Source: Acidimicrobiales bacterium (lineage in GTDB: Bacteria > Actinomycetota > Acidimicrobiia > Acidimicrobiales > Aldehydirespiratoraceae). From it: 64,000 nt of DNA. The notes beneath the pieces are model-generated. The model did no database searches. It saw only the letters and a list, made by a program, of their open reading frames with translations, and was not told where the DNA came from. Where the stretch lies: assembly GCA_963422745.1 (NCBI GenBank), contig OY730477.1, positions 1,272,880-1,336,879 of the forward strand, in the 5' to 3' direction. Below are positions 49,711-60,481 of the stretch, in pieces. Made by a program: the position numbers and the translations under genes. Positions within the stretch are counted from its first letter, which is position 1, and each line of letters begins with the position of its first letter.

Positions 49711-50874
49711 ATGACCACGCCGGTCGCTGTTCTCGGCTCTTCGGGTTCGATCGGAACCCAGACACTTGAAGTCGTTGCAGCCTCCGCAGACCAATATCGG
49801 GTCAGTGCTTTGGGTGTGGACTCGTCGGTGGACGTTGTTGTTGACCAGGCACAAGTGTTCCGCCCCGACATCGTAGCGGTTGGCGATGAGAGAGCCGCGG
49901 TAGGGCTCAAAGATCGTCTCCCGGCCGGAACCACGCTGCTGGTGGGTGCAGACGCGAACGCCGACGCCATCGCCGGGGCCGACATCGTCGTCAACGGTGT
50001 AGTCGGGTTCGCCGGTCTCGGTGTCACGATGGCAACTCTGGGAACCAATAAGCGACTGTGCCTTGCCAACAAGGAGTCGCTGATCGCCGCTGGTCCCATT
50101 GTGCGGCGGGCTCGAAAGACCTCACAGGCCGAACTCATCCCGGTGGATAGCGAACACTGCGCCGTTCACCAATGTCTCAACGGCACTATCGACAAAGCGG
50201 GTGCGCACTTCCGGATCGTCCTCACGGCCAGCGGTGGGCCCTTCAGGGGCAGGAGTATCGCTGAACTTGAATCCGTTGGCGTTGAGGAGGCACTGGTCCA
50301 TCCCAACTGGTCGATGGGTCCCAAGATCACCGTTGATTCCAGCACCCTGATGAACAAGGGACTGGAGATCATTGAAGCTCATGAGCTGTTCGGCATTGGA
50401 TACGACTCCATCGACGTTGTCATTCACCCACAATCGATTGTCCATTCCATGGTTACCTTCTCAGACGGTGCCACGCTCGCGCAGTTGTCGTTGCCCGACA
50501 TGAGGATGTGCATCGGCTACGCCTTGTCATACCCCGACCGTGCACTTCGTGCCTGGGGAGCCATCGACTGGTCAGAAGTTTCGCGATTGGATTTCGGTCC
50601 GCCCGACACCAAGGCGTTCCGTTGCCTAGCTTTGGCCTATGCGGCGGGTCGGGCCGCAAAAACAGCTCCGGCGTGGCTTAATGCTGCCAACGAGGTCGCC
50701 GTGGAGGCCTTCCTGTCGCGAAGAATCCATTGGGTCGACATCGCAACTGTGGTGGACGATGCTCTGCAGCGCTGGCCCGGTACACCCGCCTGTGACATAC
50801 AAACGGTGCTGGAAGCGGATCGGCGGGCACGTTCGGTAACCAAGGAACTGATAGACAGTCGGTATCAGCGGTGA
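49711..50874 (+). CDS. dxr: 1-deoxy-D-xylulose 5-phosphate reductoisomerase
   Basis: Contains VAVLGSSGSIGTQTL, LANKESL, PVDSEH and HPNWSMG. Confidence 0.95.
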   Translation: MTTPVAVLGSSGSIGTQTLEVVAASADQYRVSALGVDSSVDVVVDQAQVFRPDIVAVGDERAAVGLKDRLPAGTTLLVGADANADAIAGADIVVNGVVGFAGLGVTMATLGTNKRLCLANKESLIAAGPIVRRARKTSQAELIPVDSEHCAVHQCLNGTIDKAGAHFRIVLTASGGPFRGRSIAELESVGVEEALVHPNWSMGPKITVDSSTLMNKGLEIIEAHELFGIGYDSIDVVIHPQSIVHSMVTFSDGATLAQLSLPDMRMCIGYALSYPDRALRAWGAIDWSEVSRLDFGPPDTKAFRCLALAYAAGRAAKTAPAWLNAANEVAVEAFLSRRIHWVDIATVVDDALQRWPGTPACDIQTVLEADRRARSVTKELIDSRYQR

Positions 50875-52433
50875 CCGCGACACCTTCGGAACCACTCGCG
50901 ACGCCCTTGGAGTCATCGTCGGGTTCGGAACCGCTCCCGACACCCTCCGACAATGCGTCGTCGGGTTCGAAGTCCGACGAGTCTGCCATCAGCCCGTTGT
51001 GGCTGGTCGGCGCGCTTGTCGCACTGGGGATCCTGGCGTCGTGGAGTTGGGTGATTGTCATCGTCGGTATCGTCGCCATGCTTTTCCTTCACGAGTTGGG
51101 GCACTTCCTCACCGCCCGATGGACAGGTATGCAACCGACAGAGTTCTTCCTCGGCTTCGGACCGAAGCTGTGGTCGTTCAATAAGGGTGAGACCGAGTTC
51201 GGCCTAAAGGCGATTCCCGCTGGTGCCTACGTCCGGATCGTCGGTATGAACAACCTCTCCGACACCGAACCGGAGCACGAGGACCGGGCATACCGTCTAA
51301 AGAGCTACCCGCGAAAACTCCTGGTCGTCTCGGCCGGGTCGATAATGCACTTCCTGGTGGCGCTCGTGCTGCTGTATGTCCTGATTGTTCAATACGGGAT
51401 CCCGTCGCAGGATGGTTGGGAGGTCGACCGGGTCGTCGCCCAAAGCGCCGCCTTCGAGATCGGAATTCGCCCGGGCGACAGGATCATCTCCGTGGATGAC
51501 GAATCGGTGGACAGCTTTGGGCACTTCGCGAACCTGATCGAGCAGCGGGGAGGCAAGCCCGTTGAGATCGCCTATGAGCGAGACGCCGAGACGATCATGC
51601 AGTCGGTGATGTTGGGTGCACGGCTCTCCGGTGCCGGAGCCGATGCCTTCGAGGGGTTGCTTCCACGTGACCGCATCCTTTCAATTAACGGCTCTTTGAT
51701 CTCCGGCTGGGACGATGTTGTTACGGTGATTGACGGCCGCATTGGCTCGGAATTTGATTTCGTCGTGGATCCCGCTGGCCCGGACGATCGCATGGTGATT
51801 GAGAACGTAACAATCAACTCAGTGCCGCCTGCCGAGGAGGCCTTGGTCGGGTTTCTTGGCGTCGGTGCGCGCAATCTTCGAACACCGGTCGGGGCGATCG
51901 AGGGTGTTCACAGATCGATAATCGAACTCGGATCGTTCACCAAGCTCTCAGCGGTTGGTATGTGGGACTTCTTCGTGGGCGGCGGCCTCGGTAATTTCTT
52001 GTCCGACACGTTCCTCGGCTCAGACGCGGTTGACAACTCACGTACAGATACTCTGCAGGACCCGGCCCCAGTTCGCCGCGATTCGGGGCAGGCACCCGTT
52101 CAAGCTGAGCCCGAAGAGGATCGCATCTTGTCGATCTACGGCGCAGCCCGAGCGGGAGCCATCCTCACCGACGATAGCTATCAGGGTTTGATCGTCTTCT
52201 TTGTGGGACTCAATATCTTCGTTGGCTTGTTCAACATGATCCCGTTGCCCCCACTGGATGGAGGCTACGTCGCCGTTGCCACCTACGAACGGATCCGATC
52301 CCTACGCGGGCGTCGCCATGAGGTCGACTACGCAAAGGTAATGCCGCTCACCTATACGGTTGTTTTCTTGTTGATCGCGATCGGCTTGGTAGCCCTTTTT
52401 CGTGACATCATCGATCCGATCAATCTGGGCTGA
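50871..52433 (+). CDS. rseP: M50-family site-2 protease (RseP/Rip1-like) with a PDZ domain
   Basis: Contains HELGHFLTARW (HExxH) and NMIPLPPLDGG. GTGA overlap with dxr. Confidence 0.85.
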   Translation: MTATPSEPLATPLESSSGSEPLPTPSDNASSGSKSDESAISPLWLVGALVALGILASWSWVIVIVGIVAMLFLHELGHFLTARWTGMQPTEFFLGFGPKLWSFNKGETEFGLKAIPAGAYVRIVGMNNLSDTEPEHEDRAYRLKSYPRKLLVVSAGSIMHFLVALVLLYVLIVQYGIPSQDGWEVDRVVAQSAAFEIGIRPGDRIISVDDESVDSFGHFANLIEQRGGKPVEIAYERDAETIMQSVMLGARLSGAGADAFEGLLPRDRILSINGSLISGWDDVVTVIDGRIGSEFDFVVDPAGPDDRMVIENVTINSVPPAEEALVGFLGVGARNLRTPVGAIEGVHRSIIELGSFTKLSAVGMWDFFVGGGLGNFLSDTFLGSDAVDNSRTDTLQDPAPVRRDSGQAPVQAEPEEDRILSIYGAARAGAILTDDSYQGLIVFFVGLNIFVGLFNMIPLPPLDGGYVAVATYERIRSLRGRRHEVDYAKVMPLTYTVVFLLIAIGLVALFRDIIDPINLG

Positions 52434-52528
52434 ACCGGTGCACCGGGTCGGTCACCGCCGAGATGTCACGCTGTCGCCTGAGAGGCGGCCCAAATCGATT
52501 TCACGTCGGGTTGGGTTAGTGTCGCCCT

Positions 52529-53764
52529 GTGGAGTTTGCTCACTCGTTCCGGCGACACAAGACACGTCGCATCATGGTGGGCGACGTGGCCGTGGGCGAC
52601 GGTGCCCCCATAACCGTGCAATCAATGACAGTGACGAAGACGGCCGACCACGAAGCAACGCTCCAGCAGATATACGCGCTGGCAGCAGCCGGAGCGGACA
52701 TCGTTCGCTGCACTTGCAATGAGCCCGAAGCTGCTGAGGGCCTAGCGCGCATAGTGCCCCGTTCGCCCGTGCCGATCGTGGCTGATATCCACCATCAGTA
52801 CCGCCGGGCGCTGGATGCATTGGAGGCTGGCGTTCATTGCCTTCGACTGAACCCGGGCAACATACGCAACCCCGAACAGATCAGAATCGTCGCGCGAGAG
52901 GCCAAGGATCGCAACGTCCCGATTCGTATAGGCGTCAACGGAGGATCGCTGCATCCCGACCTCTACCGCAAGCACGGTCACAGGGTTACGCCCGAAGCTA
53001 TGGTCGAATCGGCGCTGCAGGAGATTGCCTACTTTGACGACGTTGATTTCGATCTCATCAAGATCTCTGTCAAGGCGTCGAGCGTTCCCTTGATGATCGA
53101 GGCGTACCGTCAACTCGCCGAGGTCACCGACCATCCCTTGCATCTCGGTGTTACAGAGGCGGGACCGCCGCCGATCGGCACGCTCAAGTCCACCGCGGGT
53201 ATCGCCACCTTGTTGGCCGAGGGCATCGGCGACACGATCCGTTACTCGCTCACCGCCGACCCTGTCGAAGAAGCCAAGGCCGGGCGACAACTCCTTGAGA
53301 CGATGGGCCTACGCATGCGGCGAAACGTGGACATGGTTGCCTGCCCGAGCTGCGGAAGGGCCGAAGTCGACGTGTTCAAGATCGCACAGGATGCGATGAA
53401 CGCGTTCGCCGACAAGCAGATCCCGCTACAGGTTGCGGTGATGGGCTGTGTTGTCAACGGACCGGGCGAAGCCCGCGATGCTGATTTGGGAATTGCCGCT
53501 GGCAACAAACGGGGCCATCTGTTCGTCAAGGGTCACAACGTCATGGTCGTGCCCGAAGACGAAATGGTCTCAACGCTGGTTGAATGGGCGGAGTTCATCC
53601 ACCAAAACGGAACCGATGCAGCTCTCAAGAAGGCCTCGGCTACGCGTGCCGGTGCCCGTCGAGCGGCTCGCGAGGACCGGCTGCGCAACCTCTCCGATAT
53701 CGGCGATGATGCAAATCAAGCCGCCGCGGTGATCGCCGAGATCCGTAACCGACATCGCCGATGA
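52529..53764 (+). CDS. ispG: 4-hydroxy-3-methylbut-2-enyl diphosphate synthase
   Basis: Contains RRHKTRRIMVGDVAVGDGAPITVQSMT, CPSCGR and VMGCVVNGPGE. Confidence 0.95.
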   Translation: MEFAHSFRRHKTRRIMVGDVAVGDGAPITVQSMTVTKTADHEATLQQIYALAAAGADIVRCTCNEPEAAEGLARIVPRSPVPIVADIHHQYRRALDALEAGVHCLRLNPGNIRNPEQIRIVAREAKDRNVPIRIGVNGGSLHPDLYRKHGHRVTPEAMVESALQEIAYFDDVDFDLIKISVKASSVPLMIEAYRQLAEVTDHPLHLGVTEAGPPPIGTLKSTAGIATLLAEGIGDTIRYSLTADPVEEAKAGRQLLETMGLRMRRNVDMVACPSCGRAEVDVFKIAQDAMNAFADKQIPLQVAVMGCVVNGPGEARDADLGIAAGNKRGHLFVKGHNVMVVPEDEMVSTLVEWAEFIHQNGTDAALKKASATRAGARRAAREDRLRNLSDIGDDANQAAAVIAEIRNRHRR

Positions 53765-53770
53765 CTCAAC

Positions 53771-53952
53771 TCGGCATCCGGGTACTCTTGGGTTTCGGGC
53801 ATGTTTTGACACACCGCACGTTTCGGCATGGGTTTTCTTGGGTTTCGGGCATGTTTTGACGCAGGGCACGTTTCGGCATGGGTTTTCTTGGGTTTCGGGC
53901 ATGTTTTGACGCAGGGCACGTTTCGGCATGGGTTTTCTTGGGTTTCGGGCAC
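53771..53952. repeat. 50-bp tandem repeat, about 3.5 units
   Basis: The unit CTTGGGTTTCGGGCATGTTTTGACGCAGGGCACGTTTCGGCATGGGTTTT starts at 53787, 53837, 53887 and 53937 (partial). The first unit diverges (ACACCGCACG for GCAGGGCACG). Confidence 0.9.
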
Positions 53953-54120
53953 CATTCGGCGCTTGTGGGTTCGGGCGCCACCACACCACAAGCGGCTTCG
54001 GACAGTGGTACCATCCGATGTGACGTTCGCACCCGAATTCGGATGAGGCGTGGCCCCTGGCCACGCTTTTTTTGATATTGGCTCGCTCAAGCGGATGCGT
54101 CGCCAAGCCCTTTCAAATCC

Positions 54121-54669
54121 TTGTCTGTTTCGATTGCCATGATCAAACACGAAGTTCAACAATTGGGACCACGACACCCGGGTCAGGTCCAAACCGTGGT
54201 CGAACAAGTTCGCGAATGTCTCGATCCTGTTGTGCAGGACGCGGGAGCGGTCCTATACGACGTGGAGTTCACCGGCAGCGTGCTGCGACTATTGGTAGAC
54301 CGAGATGGCGGCATCAACGTCTCAGCGATTCAGTCGATCAGCCGATCCGCAAGTCGTGTCCTTGACGATGTCGACCCAATCCCGGGCCGCTATACCCTGG
54401 AGGTCTCAAGTCCTGGTTTGGAGCGCTCGCTGCGTACCCCTGATCATTTCCGACAGGCCTTGGGAAAGAAACTGAAAGTCAAGACTCAGATCCCCTCCGA
54501 CGGTGTCAGATGGTTTGTCGGCGAATTGGCTTCAGCAGACGAAACCGGCATCGAACTCACGACCCCTGATGGCAGCCACCGGTTCGGCTATGAGGAGATC
54601 ACCAAATCACGAACTGTCTTCGACTGGGGCGCAGCCGCCAGGACCCGATCACAGGAGACCAGATCATGA
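54121..54669 (+). CDS. rimP: ribosome maturation factor RimP
   Basis: Contains LYDVEF.......LRLLVDRDGG and LEVSSPGLERSLRTPDHF. The start is TTG 54121 or ATG 54139. Confidence 0.85.
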   Translation: MSVSIAMIKHEVQQLGPRHPGQVQTVVEQVRECLDPVVQDAGAVLYDVEFTGSVLRLLVDRDGGINVSAIQSISRSASRVLDDVDPIPGRYTLEVSSPGLERSLRTPDHFRQALGKKLKVKTQIPSDGVRWFVGELASADETGIELTTPDGSHRFGYEEITKSRTVFDWGAAARTRSQETRS

Positions 54670-55805
54670 AACAGGACATGTCGGATGCACTGCAGCAGCT
54701 TGCCGTTGAGCGGGGTATCTCGGTTGAGGCTTTGCTTGCGGCGCTGGCCGACGCGCTTGAGTCGGCGTACAAACGCATGCCCGAGGCTCACGAGTATGCA
54801 TGGGTCACCGTTGATCCCAACACCATGGAATTTCGCGTACTAGCTCAGGATCTCGATTCGGAGGGCGCGCCCATAGGCGAAGAGTACGACGTCACGCCCG
54901 ATGACCTCGGCCGGGTTGCCGCTCAAGCGTTCCGTCAGGTGATGGGTCAACGCATCCGCGAGGCAGAACAAGAGTTGAAGTACGAGGAGTACGCTGGCCG
55001 TGAAGGCGACATCGTCACCGGCATGATCCAACAAACCGATGCCCGTTACACCCTTTTGGATCTGGGCAGGGTGGAGGCACTACTGCCAAGGGCTGAACAG
55101 GTGCCCTACGAGCGGCCCGACGGCAGCACCAGGATCAAGGCCTACATCGTGGAGGTTCGTAAGACGATAAAGGGGCCCCAGATCGTGGTGAGTCGGACGC
55201 ATCCGGGCTTGGTCAAGCGACTATTCGAACTTGAGGTGCCCGAGATTGCCGACGGTGTTGTTGAGATCAGGGCCTGCGCCCGGGAACCGGGTCATCGCAC
55301 CAAAATCGCGGTTTGGTCCAATGACTCCAACGTCGATCCCGTCGGTGCATGCGTGGGCGCACGTGGAGCGCGTGTGCGTCAGGTGGTGAACGAACTGCGG
55401 GGAGAGAAGATCGACATAGTTCCGTTCAGCAATGACCTCGAGGAGTTTGTCACCAGGGCTTTGTCACCCGCTCGGGTGACTCAGGTCCGCCCCGATGAGG
55501 TGACCGGAGACTGCGACGTGATCGTTCCCGATTACCAGTTGTCGCTTGCCATAGGCAAGGAGGGCCAGAATGCCCGGTTGGCTTCGCGTCTCACGGGTTG
55601 GGGAATCAACATCAAGTCCGAGGCGCAGTTCACCGAGGAGCAGGCGTATGGGGATGTTGAATGGGCCGCGGGCGAGTGGATATTCGACGAAGAGACCTCT
55701 CAGCAGATGTGGCATCCAGCCGATGGCAGTCCCGCGATCACTCTTCAGGAGTGGGAAGCCGCACAGGCTGCTGCGGGTGACGCGCGCAAGGTCACGCAAC
55801 AGTAG
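54666..55805 (+). CDS. nusA: transcription termination/antitermination factor NusA
   Basis: Contains the N-terminal LAVERGISVE, the S1 region GDIVTGMIQQ and the KH regions IVVSRTHPGLVKRLFELEVPE and IGKEGQNARLASRLTGW. ATGA overlap with rimP. Confidence 0.95.
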   Translation: MKQDMSDALQQLAVERGISVEALLAALADALESAYKRMPEAHEYAWVTVDPNTMEFRVLAQDLDSEGAPIGEEYDVTPDDLGRVAAQAFRQVMGQRIREAEQELKYEEYAGREGDIVTGMIQQTDARYTLLDLGRVEALLPRAEQVPYERPDGSTRIKAYIVEVRKTIKGPQIVVSRTHPGLVKRLFELEVPEIADGVVEIRACAREPGHRTKIAVWSNDSNVDPVGACVGARGARVRQVVNELRGEKIDIVPFSNDLEEFVTRALSPARVTQVRPDEVTGDCDVIVPDYQLSLAIGKEGQNARLASRLTGWGINIKSEAQFTEEQAYGDVEWAAGEWIFDEETSQQMWHPADGSPAITLQEWEAAQAAAGDARKVTQQ

Positions 55806-56088
55806 GGATGGGTTGATCGCCGGTGGTGGTCGGCCTGCCAGCGGTGTTAGCCAGAACGGTTAGCAATCGCCGTGCGTGAGGTGGCAACGTAAGGTTGCCG
55901 ATACAGGCTCAGCCACCTATGCGAATGCAGGAACGGTCGCTAGGCTCTGATAGTCGTGGTCAATGCGGTTGTTCGCGTGTCCACACGAGTTTTATCAAAG
56001 TGACGGACCCGGTGTGATTCGGCCCTGCCGAGCCACACTGGGTCGTGAGCGTCTGCTGCGGGCGCTTTGCCAAAGGACATCAGCCTAA

Positions 56089-59001
56089 GTGCCAGCCAAG
56101 AAACGGGTCTACGAACTCTCCAAGGAGTTTGGTCTCACCAACGAGCAGGTTCTTCGACTTGCCGAGTCTCTCGGGATCGGTGTCAGAGGGTCCTCATCAA
56201 GCATGGTTGAGGCCCAGGTCGATCTCCTACGCCGCAAGGCCGAACGGGAGGGCTTGATACAACGCCAAGCCGCTCCCGATCCCATCGCAGCGAGAAGGCT
56301 GGCCATGAGGAGGGCGTCAACCGCACGGAGACTGTCGTCTCAACCGGCGCCCCGGGTTGCAGGAGCCAAAGCAAGGGTTACCGATACAAAAGCGCCCGAT
56401 GAGGTACCTGCGACCGCACAAGCGGCAACGAGTGTGGCGGTCGAAGCTGTCCGGACCGAACCGGTCCCGTCGGAGTCCGAGTCTGAGGCTGCGCCAAAGG
56501 ATGCCGAGGCCAAACAGGACCCTGAAATCCGACAGGTCTCTGAAGCGGCTGCGTTGGATGTCTCTGAATCCGAGCCCGACAGCAAGCTTGACGAGGCGAT
56601 CTCGACGAAGCCGGGTGTGATAGAAGCCGATGTCCCGGCGGACACTAAAGACACTGAACTGTCGGACGGCGAAATTTCTCAGCCAGCCGAGGCGAGCCTC
56701 AAACGCGTCATCTCCTCAAGCGGCAGCACTACGGTTCCGAGACGCGTGGTTGAGACATCGCCCATGGCGGCCTCTGCGACACCCACGAAGAAGGTCATAA
56801 AGCGGGTCGTCAAGAAAGTCGTGAAGAAGGCGATCGTCGATCCGAGCCGTGTACCCACATCGGGAACCGGCAAGCCTATTCCTCCGCCTCCCCGGGCTAA
56901 GACCGGCCGTTTTGCTCCTTCGCCGTCGAGCACCGGCGGTCGTCCAGGGTCTTCACGCCCCGATAGATCACCCGGTAGGACACCTGCGCCAGCCGGGCGT
57001 CGTCCCGCCGGTGGTCTGCGCGGTGCCGTACCCGGGGCGGGTCCGCCTCCAGGAGGAGGCCGAGGTGCCCCGGGTGGGCGCGGCGGTCCCGGCCAGAATC
57101 GTGGTGGGCCGGGTCAGCGCCCGCCTCGACGCAAGGGCCGCAGGAGACGCATCCGCGAGGAACTCCAGCCGATGGATGCACCGTCCTACACGCCTCGCGA
57201 CGCCCCTGTACCCGAGGGTGAGGTTGTTGTCGAGCGGGCCTCGACCTCCTTTGATCTGGGTCCGAAGCTCAACCGTACTGCTGCCGACGTCGTCCGCTTC
57301 CTGATGCAGGCCGGGGAGATGGTCACGGCCAACCAGTCGTTGTCCGACGACCTAATCGAGTTGTTTGCGGCTGAAATCGGCGCAACGGTGCGTTTGGTGA
57401 ATCCTGGAGAGGAGCAGGAGGTAGAACTTCAGAAGCTTCTGGAGATCGGCACAAAATCCGACTCAACGGTTTCGCGTCGCCCTCCCGTGGTCACGGTGAT
57501 GGGCCATGTCGATCATGGCAAGACATTGCTGTTGGACCGGATACGAAACACTGACGTGATAAAGGGCGAGGCTGGCGGCATAACCCAGCACATCGGTGCA
57601 TACCAGGTTTCGCGTGACAGCCAGCGCATCACGTTCCTGGACACCCCCGGACACGAGGCCTTCACAGCCATGCGGGCACGGGGTGCGAATGCAACCGACA
57701 TCGTGGTGCTCGTCGTGGCCGCCGATGACGGGGTGATGCCCCAAACGATCGAGGCAATCAATCACGCCAAGGCGGCCGATGTGCCGATCTTGGTGGCGAT
57801 CAACAAGATTGATCGTCCCAATGCAGACCCGGACAAGGCCATAGCTGGGGTGGCCGAGCATGGTCTTGTGCCCGAACAATGGGGTGGAGAGACCATCTTT
57901 CAGCGGGTCTCTGCCTTGAACAGTGTCGGTATCGACGAGCTGCTGGACCAGATTCTGCTGCTTGCTGAGATCGAAGACCTCCGAACATCCGGGGAGGGTC
58001 GTGCCCAAGGTGTTGTGCTTGAGGCTGTCCTTGACATCGGCCGTGGCCCGGTGGCAACCGTGCTCGTGCAACGCGGCACCCTCATGGTCGGTGATCCGAT
58101 CGTGGCCGGAGCGGCATGGGGCCGGGTTCGGGCGTTAATCGCTGACACGGGCAACAACATCACCGAAGCGGGTCCATCCACCCCGGTTCAGGTGCTCGGG
58201 TTGTCCGACGTGGCATCCGCGGGCGACGAGTTCGTGGTCGCTCCGAACGAAAGGGTTGCTGGTCGCGTCGCTGGCACTCGCGAGCATTGGCAGCGTCAGT
58301 CGAGTCTCGGTCGGGAAGCCCATGCCCTGTCCGGCGGAGCAAGGCTTGAAGACATTTTCGAGCAGATCCGCCGAGGCGAGGCAGCCACCTTGAATATGGT
58401 CGTCAAGACCGATGTCAATGGTTCACTTGAGGCGGTTACCGAAAGCCTTCGTAAGCTCGAGCGCAACGACGTAAGGATCGGGTTCGTGCACCGCGGTGTC
58501 GGTGGCATCACCGAGAACGACATTTCCCTGGCGGCTGCATCCAGCGCTACCATCATCGGATTCAACGTAAGGCCCGATCGCAAGGCAAGAGAACTCGCCG
58601 AGGTTGAGCAGGTTGAGGTCCGAACCTACGAGATCATCTACAAACTGCTTGAGGACATCGAATCGGCGATGGTCGGCTTGCTGGCCCCGGAATTCGAAGA
58701 GGTGGTCACTGGCGACGCCGAGGTACGTCGGGTGTTTCGCATTCCCCGCGTCGGTGCGGTCGCCGGTTGTCTAGTGCAAAACGGTGTCATCACAAGGGGC
58801 TCCGGGGTTCGCTTCTTGCGTGACGGAGCGATCATCTGGAAGGGTCAGATCTCCTCACTCAAACGGTTTTCCGAGGACGCCAGACAGGTATCGGCCGGTT
58901 TCGAGTGCGGTATCGGGCTTTCGGACTTCCAGGATCTCAAGGAGGGCGACATCATTGAGACCTATGAGGAGCGCGAGATCCAGCGCAGCCTCAACGGCTG
59001 A
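56089..59001 (+). CDS. infB: translation initiation factor IF-2
   Basis: Contains the N-terminal [11 protein letters not shown], a Pro/Gly/Arg-rich linker, and the G domain [16 protein letters not shown] and NKID. GTG start. Confidence 0.95.
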   Translation: MPAKKRVYELSKEFGLTNEQVLRLAESLGIGVRGSSSSMVEAQVDLLRRKAEREGLIQRQAAPDPIAARRLAMRRASTARRLSSQPAPRVAGAKARVTDTKAPDEVPATAQAATSVAVEAVRTEPVPSESESEAAPKDAEAKQDPEIRQVSEAAALDVSESEPDSKLDEAISTKPGVIEADVPADTKDTELSDGEISQPAEASLKRVISSSGSTTVPRRVVETSPMAASATPTKKVIKRVVKKVVKKAIVDPSRVPTSGTGKPIPPPPRAKTGRFAPSPSSTGGRPGSSRPDRSPGRTPAPAGRRPAGGLRGAVPGAGPPPGGGRGAPGGRGGPGQNRGGPGQRPPRRKGRRRRIREELQPMDAPSYTPRDAPVPEGEVVVERASTSFDLGPKLNRTAADVVRFLMQAGEMVTANQSLSDDLIELFAAEIGATVRLVNPGEEQEVELQKLLEIGTKSDSTVSRRPPVVTVMGHVDHGKTLLLDRIRNTDVIKGEAGGITQHIGAYQVSRDSQRITFLDTPGHEAFTAMRARGANATDIVVLVVAADDGVMPQTIEAINHAKAADVPILVAINKIDRPNADPDKAIAGVAEHGLVPEQWGGETIFQRVSALNSVGIDELLDQILLLAEIEDLRTSGEGRAQGVVLEAVLDIGRGPVATVLVQRGTLMVGDPIVAGAAWGRVRALIADTGNNITEAGPSTPVQVLGLSDVASAGDEFVVAPNERVAGRVAGTREHWQRQSSLGREAHALSGGARLEDIFEQIRRGEAATLNMVVKTDVNGSLEAVTESLRKLERNDVRIGFVHRGVGGITENDISLAAASSATIIGFNVRPDRKARELAEVEQVEVRTYEIIYKLLEDIESAMVGLLAPEFEEVVTGDAEVRRVFRIPRVGAVAGCLVQNGVITRGSGVRFLRDGAIIWKGQISSLKRFSEDARQVSAGFECGIGLSDFQDLKEGDIIETYEEREIQRSLNG

Positions 59002-59033
59002 TCCGACTCCAAGAAGAGACCGGCGACCATACG

Positions 59034-59405
59034 ATGAGCCGTCGCCGTCTGCCACGAGGTCCGTCAAACCGTACCGCTAGAGTCGCTGGCCTTGTGCGTC
59101 GGGTCGTTGCTGAAGGCCTAGAACAGATTGATGACGAGCGGCTGGAGAGCCTGGCGGTAACCGGTGTGGATGTTGACGCCGACCTGCACCGGGCGATCGT
59201 GTGGTACACGACCTTCGATAACGATCACGATCCCGAGTTACAGATGGCCCTGGCTGAATACAGCCCACGCCTCCGTCACAAGGTGGCGAAACGCACCCGC
59301 CTTCGCCGGGCCCCGATGCTCGACTTTCGCGCCGATGAAACGCTACGCACCGCGGAACGAATCGAGAACATTCTCCATGACAGCGGATCCACTGGCGAGA
59401 CGTGA
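59034..59405 (+). CDS. rbfA: ribosome-binding factor A
   Basis: RTARVAGLVRRVVAEGLE...LAVTGVDVDADLHRAIVWY matches the RbfA KH-like pattern. Confidence 0.9.
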   Translation: MSRRRLPRGPSNRTARVAGLVRRVVAEGLEQIDDERLESLAVTGVDVDADLHRAIVWYTTFDNDHDPELQMALAEYSPRLRHKVAKRTRLRRAPMLDFRADETLRTAERIENILHDSGSTGET

Positions 59406-60304
59406 CCTCGATCCCCAACGATTCGGGCCCGCACGGGATTGTTGTCATTGATAAGCCCCATGGATGGACCAGCCACGACGTCGTGGCCCGATCACGCAAG
59501 GTGCTTGGCACACGCAAGGTAGGTCACGCCGGGACGCTCGATCCCGACGCAACCGGAGTGCTTGTATTGGGTGTTGGTCGTGCCACACGATTGCTGCGTT
59601 TCGTGGTGGCGTCAACGAAGTCCTATGTGGGCGAGATCGTGCTCGGCTCTGAGACGTCCACGCTTGATGCGTCAGGTGAGGTCACCGCTCGTTACGACAT
59701 GTCCACAGTCTCAGACCGTGAGGTAACAGCGGCAGCGGCAACGCTGGTTGGTGAGATCATGCAGGTGCCACCGATGGTGTCTGCGGTGAAGATCGCCGGG
59801 AGGCGTCTGCATGAGATAGCGCGACAAAACAAGGTGGTCGAACGTTCACCAAGGCGGGTAACCGTGCATCGATTCCTGGTCAACCCGATCGAATCTGGTG
59901 TATGGCGAACCGTGGTGGACTGCTCCTCGGGTACCTATGTTCGTGTGCTGGCAGCGGATCTCGGCACAGCTCTCGGTGGCGGTGCGCACCTGCGCTCCTT
60001 GCGCCGCACGGCGGTCGGACGATTCGGTATCGCCGATGCTTGCCCGGTCGAACGGCCCAGGCTCCTACCTGTACAGGCCGCGGTGCAGCATCTCGAAATG
60101 GTCACGCTTGATACAGTCGCCGCTACCGCCGCCGGTCACGGCAGAACACTGCGAATGGACAGCCTCAAGGTGGTTGGTGACGGCCCATGGGCTGTCCACG
60201 GGATTGACGGCGAATTGATCGGTGTCTACCGACGGGACCCGACAGGTGCCCGCCCGATTGTCATCGTCTCACCAACCCGCGGCGGTTCGCTCGCTCAGTG
60301 TTAG
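59402..60304 (+). CDS. truB: tRNA pseudouridine(55) synthase
   Basis: Contains GIVVIDKPHGWTSHDVV and GHAGTLDPDATGVL (catalytic Asp). GTGA overlap with rbfA. Confidence 0.95.
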   Translation: MTSIPNDSGPHGIVVIDKPHGWTSHDVVARSRKVLGTRKVGHAGTLDPDATGVLVLGVGRATRLLRFVVASTKSYVGEIVLGSETSTLDASGEVTARYDMSTVSDREVTAAAATLVGEIMQVPPMVSAVKIAGRRLHEIARQNKVVERSPRRVTVHRFLVNPIESGVWRTVVDCSSGTYVRVLAADLGTALGGGAHLRSLRRTAVGRFGIADACPVERPRLLPVQAAVQHLEMVTLDTVAATAAGHGRTLRMDSLKVVGDGPWAVHGIDGELIGVYRRDPTGARPIVIVSPTRGGSLAQC

Positions 60305-60476
60305 GCCCGGTGCTGGCCCGGTAGCGTTTCGTGGGCTGTTTGCGGGATTGACGGCGAATTGATGGGTGTCTACTGACGGGACCCGACAGGTGCTCGACTG
60401 GTTGTCATCGTCTCACCAACCCGCGGCGGTTCGCTCGCTCAGTGTTAGGCCCGGTGCTGGCCCGGTAGCGTTTCAC
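60200..60476. repeat. 144-bp-offset tandem duplication: the last 105 nt of truB plus 28 nt downstream are repeated once (133 nt, 7 mismatches)
   Basis: Copy 1 is 60200-60332 and copy 2 is 60344-60476. They differ at 7 positions, including CCGACG to CTGACG. Confidence 0.9.
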
Positions 60477-60481
60477 CGCTT

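Noticed and set aside
55883-55899. The hairpin GGCAAC-GTAAG-GTTGCC as the nusA intrinsic terminator.
   Set aside because: It has only a 6-bp stem and no downstream T-tract, and infB is normally co-transcribed with nusA. It is noted only as a structural element.
60200-60476. Diversity-generating retroelement layout, with a variable repeat at the gene 3' end and a template repeat downstream.
   Set aside because: The mismatches between the copies are not adenine-specific (C/G, C/T, C/A and A/G changes). There is no reverse transcriptase or accessory gene nearby. truB is not a plausible DGR target.
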